Shown: piece after piece, positions 57,850-64,000 of the stretch | How positions within the stretch are numbered: position 1 is the first letter of the stretch | Layout: the number at the start of each line of letters is the position of its first letter | Origin: Cyanidioschyzon merolae | Taxonomy: Eukaryota | Assembly (NCBI GenBank): GCA_000091205.1 | Contig: AP006491.2 | Strand: one strand, 5' to 3' | DNA length: 64,000 bases | Program-made: the position numbers and the translations under genes | Notes under the pieces: generated by a model | Seen by the model: the letters and a program-made list of their open reading frames with translations, nothing else | What the model was told of the DNA's origin: nothing | Databases searched by the model: none

Positions 57850-59400
57850 TATTCAGTAAAACAAAAAACGTTCTATGACCATTGAGGGTCAATACATATA
57901 CCCACATGCGGACGCCTCCCAGCCTTTTTTGACCCGCCGCCTGCAATCGGTTCCAGTTGATTCACGCACACTTCGAGCCTCAGCAGTTGCCACATAGCGT
58001 TGGATCGTGTCAGCTGCTCGGGTCTCGTCTTCAGCACAACGCATCGTCTGATATTGGTAGCAGCGTTCAAGTCTCGGCTTACGAGCTCCATGCGTTTACT
58101 GCCGATCCCTGATCTCATCACACCGAGGGTTCTTAGTACTCGTGCCCTCTGTTCCGCTACAGTCTCGTCATCGTTCCACTCGACAAACACCGTCCCTCGC
58201 CTATCTCCTTCTTCTCCTTCTTCGCCACTTGCTCTTCTTCGCTCGATGGTCGGCGAGAGGAGGCATTTTTCGTTCTGGCTGCGTCGAATCCAGCAATGAC
58301 GGAACTCAGGATCCCCGACTTCCACATCCATACCATTCCCTTGGATTCTCTGTTTCTTCAAAATCATAGCGATTGTTCATTCGTTTAGGTGAGGACCTTC
58401 CCGCAAAAGCTAGGACTCGCGAAAGTAAGACACCATGCGCCCGTGTGTCAACGTGTGCCGGAAGCTTCAGCGATGACCCCACTGGAGCGACATCATACGT
58501 TTCACAATGGAAAACATTCTTTTGATGAGGTTGAATCAAGTAGAGCACAGAGGAATGAAAAGCAGCACTATACCTCGACAGGATCGGCAAAAGCCCGAAC
58601 GCAAGGGGAATGGTGAAATGCCACGGTGTCCAGCAGAAGGACGTCGCCCGACGTCGGGGCGAAATCTTCCATGATTCGATCAAGTGGCTGCTGTTGGTCG
58701 ATGAGCCTTCTCCACTAGTGAATCTGAGGCCGCAAATAAAGTCCACTCCGTCTGGAGCAGATGATGACATCCTCGCTCTCTTCGAGCTCGATCGTACATC
58801 CAGCGGGTGCACTGTCCGCGAATACCCATTTACGCTCCGGCCGCCTCGTCCGAAGCAAGTTTCATCGACTGAACAAGCAAACCGACGTCCGTGTCCCGGT
58901 CCCTGTGCTCCATACGGATAGTGGCGTTCCACGAACGCTGAAGTAGCTGTGACCTCGGTGGGAAATGGCCGTGCACGAACTGAGACTTTCTTTTTGCGAC
59001 TGTACCCCGTGTATTCAGGACCACTCGAACACGCTTTTAAGGAACAGGGACGCGCGTAGCGACTACTATTTTCGCATTTGTCTTTCGTAAAAGGTGGTCA
59101 GCGGGCCGTTTTCTACCGTTGATCGCGCGCATTCTCTGAGAATATCGATGTTTGACGCAGAGTGCATCTACTTCTTTCGGTCAGTGTTCGTCAACCATCT
59201 GAGTACTGTTGTACGACCGACCTGGAGGAGGAACGCAGTCCTCCATGCACTGTTCAGGAAAGAATATGTATCGCACAGGCGATTCGCCTACGATCTATCG
59301 GGTACATGGCATCGTGATTTCTAGCTGCTATGATTGCCCGCAGCGGGCGTGCAAAACATTGATTTGAAAGACTAAAAAATCGAAATCGCCGGTCTGGTTT
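57850..59400 (-). repeat. Family-B repeat, full-length copy B3 (near-identical to B2)
   Basis: About 99% identical to 43925-45465. The minus-strand ORFs 57873..58367 and 58306..58932 correspond to those of B2, with additional disabling changes. Confidence 0.8.
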
Positions 59401-60839
59401 TTGCGCGCGCCCCCAGGAATAAATTCTATCGCGTTTGAAATTTATACATTTCCCACGTTCAGTACTCATCGCAATGGCTCTAGCGAAGCACGTGATACAC
59501 GCAGGGGCCAATAACTGGCTGGCATCATGAGTAAGACTGCTCCAATTTCTTTTTTTGGCAAATGAAGAATTCCGACGGACTGCCCTGTACGGAACGATAA
59601 TTGATTCGCTTTCCTACCACGGTGTCAGATTCATAAAGAGAACACTTAACTGCTTTCTCTGTGGCCGTCGTTCGATTTGCTTCTGAACTTTTGTTCAGAC
59701 GTACAGCTTCGGCATTCGAAGCGCATCAGTAATGTTCTACGAACTCATAGGTATGTTGGAGATTCCGGGTCCTCGTTTCTGAGCACTCCTTCGACTCTTT
59801 GGTGCTGAACGTCGTGGACATCACGGTCAGCGAGACGTCGACGACGACCCCGGACGCTGCTTCTGGGAGCAACCGGTATCAGCAGCCAGTTTCTAAACCT
59901 TGGTCGAATATTCCTCAAATACGAGGGCGCCGAGGCGAAGATAGGCCTGCCGCCTGCGAGCGAGCCCGGCGTGAGTCTCAGACGTCTTGGCCGCATCGTC
60001 GCTAATAAACAGTACATGCGGGCTCGACACCCACGAGTTGGCAAGGTGTCTCGATTCGCGTCAAGCTCATCGGCACTTTTTGTGCGAAGAATTGGCAGAA
60101 AAACGAAGAGCGGGCAAGGAGGCGGGGTCCGAGTACTCGAATCCGACAGCGCGCACACAAATGTGCAGCGAACAGAGTACTCGCTGAGGAAATCACCCGG
60201 GAGAGGCCTGTGATCATTGGGCATGGCGCAGCGCGCGGAAACGGAGGACGGCATCGGGCGGAGCCTTCTGGAACGGTAAAGCGCATGTACCGAGGGATGG
60301 TTCAAGCGTTTACGCGCCACACAGTGGCGCTCAGAGGCGGTGGAGGACTGGTGGATGCACATGGGAACACCTGACCAGGTCCAAGTGTAACGGGTGGGGA
60401 GTGCACCCCGAGGCCGTACAGAAAGAGGATGCAAATGGTAAACGAAGCTCAGATCGTGACTCGCGCCAGTGCATAAAACGGGTCTACAACAGCGAGAAGC
60501 CGCGAAACAGAGACTTCAACGCTACGATCAGTATCCTTCGGCTGGTGACCATGGGGCTGGAGAGACATGAGCAACCGGCGTATTCAAAGCCAGAGGCGAG
60601 AGGGGAAATGGAAGCGATAGCGGTAAAAGCCCGCCAAGGCCGTCGTTTGCGGTAACGGTGAGTGGCACGAACTTTCGAGTATATGCCTGAGATACGTAAT
60701 TAGACCTGTTGCATTTAAGTCTGACGTAGGTCCAGGCGGATCTCCACCGGCTGCCCCAACTTGAATTACTCTACAGATCTTGCGCTATCTGCAACAGCGA
60801 ATAAATGGAGACCCCAGCGCCGCACCCATACAATGTGCT

Positions 60840-63080
60840 CTACAGAGGCTGCGCCATCTGTAACAAGAAATGACCTGCGTGATTGACCGCTGTACCGATA
60901 TCCAAACCGATGTAAGCATCGTCAAGAAACTGAGCGATCCACCGCGGAAGTTTTTGTAGAAGAGCCGGTCTTGCGTATCGCCTGTCGGCAAAAATCATAA
61001 TGCCATAGTCCTGCTTGTTGCGTATAACACGGCCTACGCACTGGGCCGCCTGCCTCATTGCGTCGAAAACAAGAAACTCATCTTCCCGTATCTGATAACG
61101 TTGCTGCAGATATGAGAGACGTGCCTTCAGCAGACGAGATTCACTGTATTGAAAAGGAACACCGAAAAGTAATGCGCACCGCCCATAGTGATTATCAAAA
61201 TCTATGCCCTCTGCTGCGCGGCCGCGAGCGACCGATAGCAGCACAGCGCCCCTGCCCGCGTCACAGGCCATGCGATAATGTTTAATCGCAAGACCAGCCT
61301 CGACAGCGTCCTGAGTTTCAACAAATGTGAGCTTCAGTTTCTGTAGACGCTGGAGGATATCGCTCTCTACCCATTGGGAGACAATGTCATGCATGAATTC
61401 ATAGCTGGGGAAAAAGCAAACAACGCCATCCGGGACAATATCGGCCATATTGAGGAGCAATTCTCCATAGTTCCGAGCAATCGATATTTCCTTCCTCGTG
61501 CTGTACTGCGAGCTGATGGGGGACTGATCGACCCCCCGCGTCACAATCAAGGGACACAGACACGCCCGCTCTAAGGACATTGGAAATGATTCTGCGATCG
61601 CTGCCCTGAAAGTCAGCAACCGCGGATAGAACCACAGAGGGCTCAACGTTCCAGATGTGATCACCACGCTTTTGAATCGAGTCAAGACCGGTCGCATGGC
61701 AAGTGATGCATCCAGGCACGCAAGGTGAAAAATTCTCTCCTCCGGGTCATTGATCACCACAAAGCCTGCAGAATAGGTTCCTAGGAGCGTGCAGAAATCA
61801 CTCAGCTTTTGCAAGGGAGAGAAGGCTGCAACATCAGATATTTCCAGTGCCCATAGCAATGAAACGAGTCTGTCTGAGGCGAGCTGGAGCGCTCTTCGCT
61901 CTGTGCTGAGTCTATGGCATACAGCAAGCGCCATGCGCTGCGCTGTCTCTTCCATGATAAGATTGGAATCGACCAGTTCCTGCACGTAACTCAAGATCTG
62001 GCGCAAAAACTGTAGGAATCCAACAGTCGATTGGATTTCTGGACACAGGGATATTCGCATTTGATCAGGTATCATAGCACTGGCATCCGGCGCTGACTCC
62101 ACAACCAGCGATGGCAGTGCGCTTGGATCGAGGCCAGCTATCTGCATATCCCGAAGCTGCGATTCTCGGTCCGCGGTGCTGATTCCCCATGCAAGACGCT
62201 CATATTCTTGGTGGAGTCGTTCCACACCGCGTCGTTTCATCTCATGGACTCTAGAAGAGAGTGTATTCAGATTCCGAGCCGCGCACTGGAGTAGCTGGTC
62301 ATTCAGCTGTACGCTGAAGGCCTCGGTACAAACATTGTCAATATTATGAGCTTCATCGAAAACTATGATCGTATCGGGACCGAAGTCGCTGCTCACAACA
62401 CGGCTTACTCGAGGATCCAGAATGTACTGATAACTATAAACCACAATATGAGCAAAGGGAACCATCTGACGCGCCAGAAAGTAGGGACACCATCCTACGC
62501 GAGCGCCAAACTCTCGCAAGTCCGAAATAGAATACGCTGCACCGGCTGGTAGAATAAAGTTTTGTGAAGCCGCCGAAGAAAATCGCTCGTAAAAAGGACA
62601 GAGACCTGGTGGAATATCGACCTGGTGTCCATGATCAGTCGACTGGTATGCCCTCTCTCGAACCCACGAAGCAGTAAGCGCACGGCAGGCACTTTCCACA
62701 CCGCGTGGATTGTGTAAAGCCTCCTCGAGCACACACAGGTGGCTCCGGGCAGCGAGGCCAACACATAGAAGCTCGGAGGGATCTCCGCGGTTCGCTTGCA
62801 TTGTTGCAAAGAGGCGCTTCGCCTCAGCCAGCACCTTTTCCATCTCTTCAACCGTTCGGGTGCAGTAAACAAGTTTCCTGTAAACTAGCGGCCAACGGCT
62901 GATGTATGAACTCGCTAGGCTCAGGATGCTAACGGTCTTACCGGTACCGGAGGGCATTTCGATAACGGCATGACCTCCAGCATCAAGGGCACGTTTCAAT
63001 GACCGCATGTACTGTAGCTGCTCGGGGTACGGTTCTCTGTAGGGAAAATTCACGGCAAGGTCCTCGATATCGACTATCAT
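60840..63080 (-). CDS. XPD: TFIIH / NER 5'-3' DNA helicase XPD (Rad3/ERCC2)
   Basis: The N-terminus '[51 protein letters not shown]' matches human XPD '[51 protein letters not shown]'. A DEAH box '[12 protein letters not shown]' and Fe-S cluster cysteines are present, and the C-terminal helicase domain 2 is conserved. 746 aa. Confidence 0.9.
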   Translation of the reverse strand: [746 protein letters not shown]

Positions 63081-63504
63081 CGGTGAAACTTCTGCAGCGT
63101 ATGCGTTTCAGAAGCTTGTGCCGTCAAGGAGCAGCCGCAGCAGCGTGCTGGAAAGTAGTGCAAAATAGTGCAGCACCCTCGTTCAGTGCACTATAGGTGT
63201 CAAGCGAGCGAAACGCGAAGCCTTGAAACTGTGTCACTGTGTTTCTGAGCACCATTGAAACCGTGCCCTGTGGAAGCTTTTCAGCCTTGAGAGGCCTCGT
63301 TTTCGCCTTCGAAAGTTTGTATCTCCGCGAAAGGTTCGTTCCAGTCACCGAAACGCATAGACAAGCATATGATTATCGAGGAAAAAGTGGCCCGCTATCT
63401 CAAAAACTCACGAAGATGAGTTCAAGAGTGTAGGCAACTTGGACGCAGTCGACCGCCCAGTCAAAAGTTGACCGAACCGCAATCCAACCGCATAAGCGTG
63501 AAAT

Positions 63505-64000
63505 TGCTCAGTAAAACAAAATATGGTGTACGACCATACAGTAACTGCGTATACCCACTCGCAGAAGCCAGACAGCAAAACTACCGGCCTCTTGTTATCG
63601 TTTCAGTTAATCCAGGCAAACTTCGAGCCTGAGACATCTCCACGAATTTGGATCGCGCCAGCTCCTCGGGTCTCGTCTGCAGAATCGCTTATCGTCCGAT
63701 ACTGATGGCGGCGTTGAAGTCTCGGTTCAAAAGCTTCTTGCACGTATTGACGCTGTTGAACTCACCAATGCAAAGATTCCTCGAACTCGTGCCCTCCGTG
63801 CCACCATAGTCTCGTCATCGTCCTGTCGGGCAAACACCATTTCTCGCATACCTCCCCATTGTTGTTCTCCTTCGTCATACGCTCTTCTTCGATCGATGAT
63901 ACACAATGAGGGGATTTTTCGTTTTGGTTTTGTCGAACCCGGCGATGACGGCTTTTCGAGATCCTCGACGTCCATGTCCGTACCCTTCCCTTGGATCTTT
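63505..64000 (-). repeat. Family-B repeat, diverged copy B4 (3' part; runs off the right edge of the window)
   Basis: The minus-strand ORF reads '...MVFARQDDDETMVARRARVRGIFALVSS...'. It has the conserved core 'ctcgggtctcgtctgcagaatcgcttatcgtccgatactgatggcggcgttgaagtctcgg...actcgtgccctccgtgccacc' and the shared terminus 'cagtaaaacaaaata...cgtatacccactcgcagaagcc'. Confidence 0.7.

Noticed and set aside
43925-59400. B2 and B3 as the two LTRs of a 15-kb LTR retrotransposon
   Set aside because: The intervening DNA encodes ordinary cellular genes (RING-H2, phosphoesterase, mitochondrial carrier, fasciclin, trigger factor) and no gag, pol or integrase. Other family-B copies occur singly with different divergence. 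The repeats themselves contain a long decayed ORF, which is unlike an LTR.
1-64000. Window is bacterial (trigger factor, SSB, IlvD, RsfS and M16 peptidase are bacterial-type)
   Set aside because: The same window encodes Sof1 (WD40), XPD/TFIIH helicase, acidic ribosomal protein P1, PI4K-beta, a Josephin DUB, MBOAT and RING-H2. The bacterial-type proteins carry N-terminal presequences. There are no operons or short intergenic spacers with bacterial structure.

Overview
This 64-kb window looks like GC-rich nuclear DNA from a gene-dense, nearly intron-free eukaryote that carries a plastid, plausibly a unicellular red alga. That is an inference from gene content and structure. Most identifiable genes read as single uninterrupted ORFs, including typical eukaryotic housekeeping genes: Sof1/DCAF13, XPD/Rad3, ribosomal protein P1, a PI4K-beta that runs off the left edge, an MBOAT, a Josephin protease and a RING-H2 protein. 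Mixed in are nuclear-encoded organelle proteins of bacterial ancestry, several with N-terminal extensions: trigger factor, RsfS/Iojap, organellar SSB, dihydroxy-acid dehydratase, an M16 peptidase with a Tat-like signal, and a mitochondrial carrier. The intergenic space is dominated by two dispersed repeat families I could not assign to a known element. Family A is a mosaic element of about 1.9 kb with six copies or partial copies, 97-99% identical, in both orientations and with no recognisable protein. One inverted pair brackets a 6.6-kb gene segment. Family B is about 1.5 kb, has five copies all in the same orientation, and carries a decayed minus-strand ORF. Its best-conserved motif, '(D/N)-hydrophobic-NAA-x-NI-RR', resembles the RuvC-III motif of TnpB/Fanzor nucleases, which makes it a tentative TnpB/Fanzor-like candidate. 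Other points worth a second look are an FNR-like oxidoreductase fused to a C-terminal J-domain, a metallophosphoesterase gene interrupted by in-frame stops, a tentative Nse1-like protein with no RING domain, and a PI4K gene that the ORF track misses because it runs off the edge. I found no rRNA gene or CRISPR array. tRNAs could not be scanned reliably by eye.
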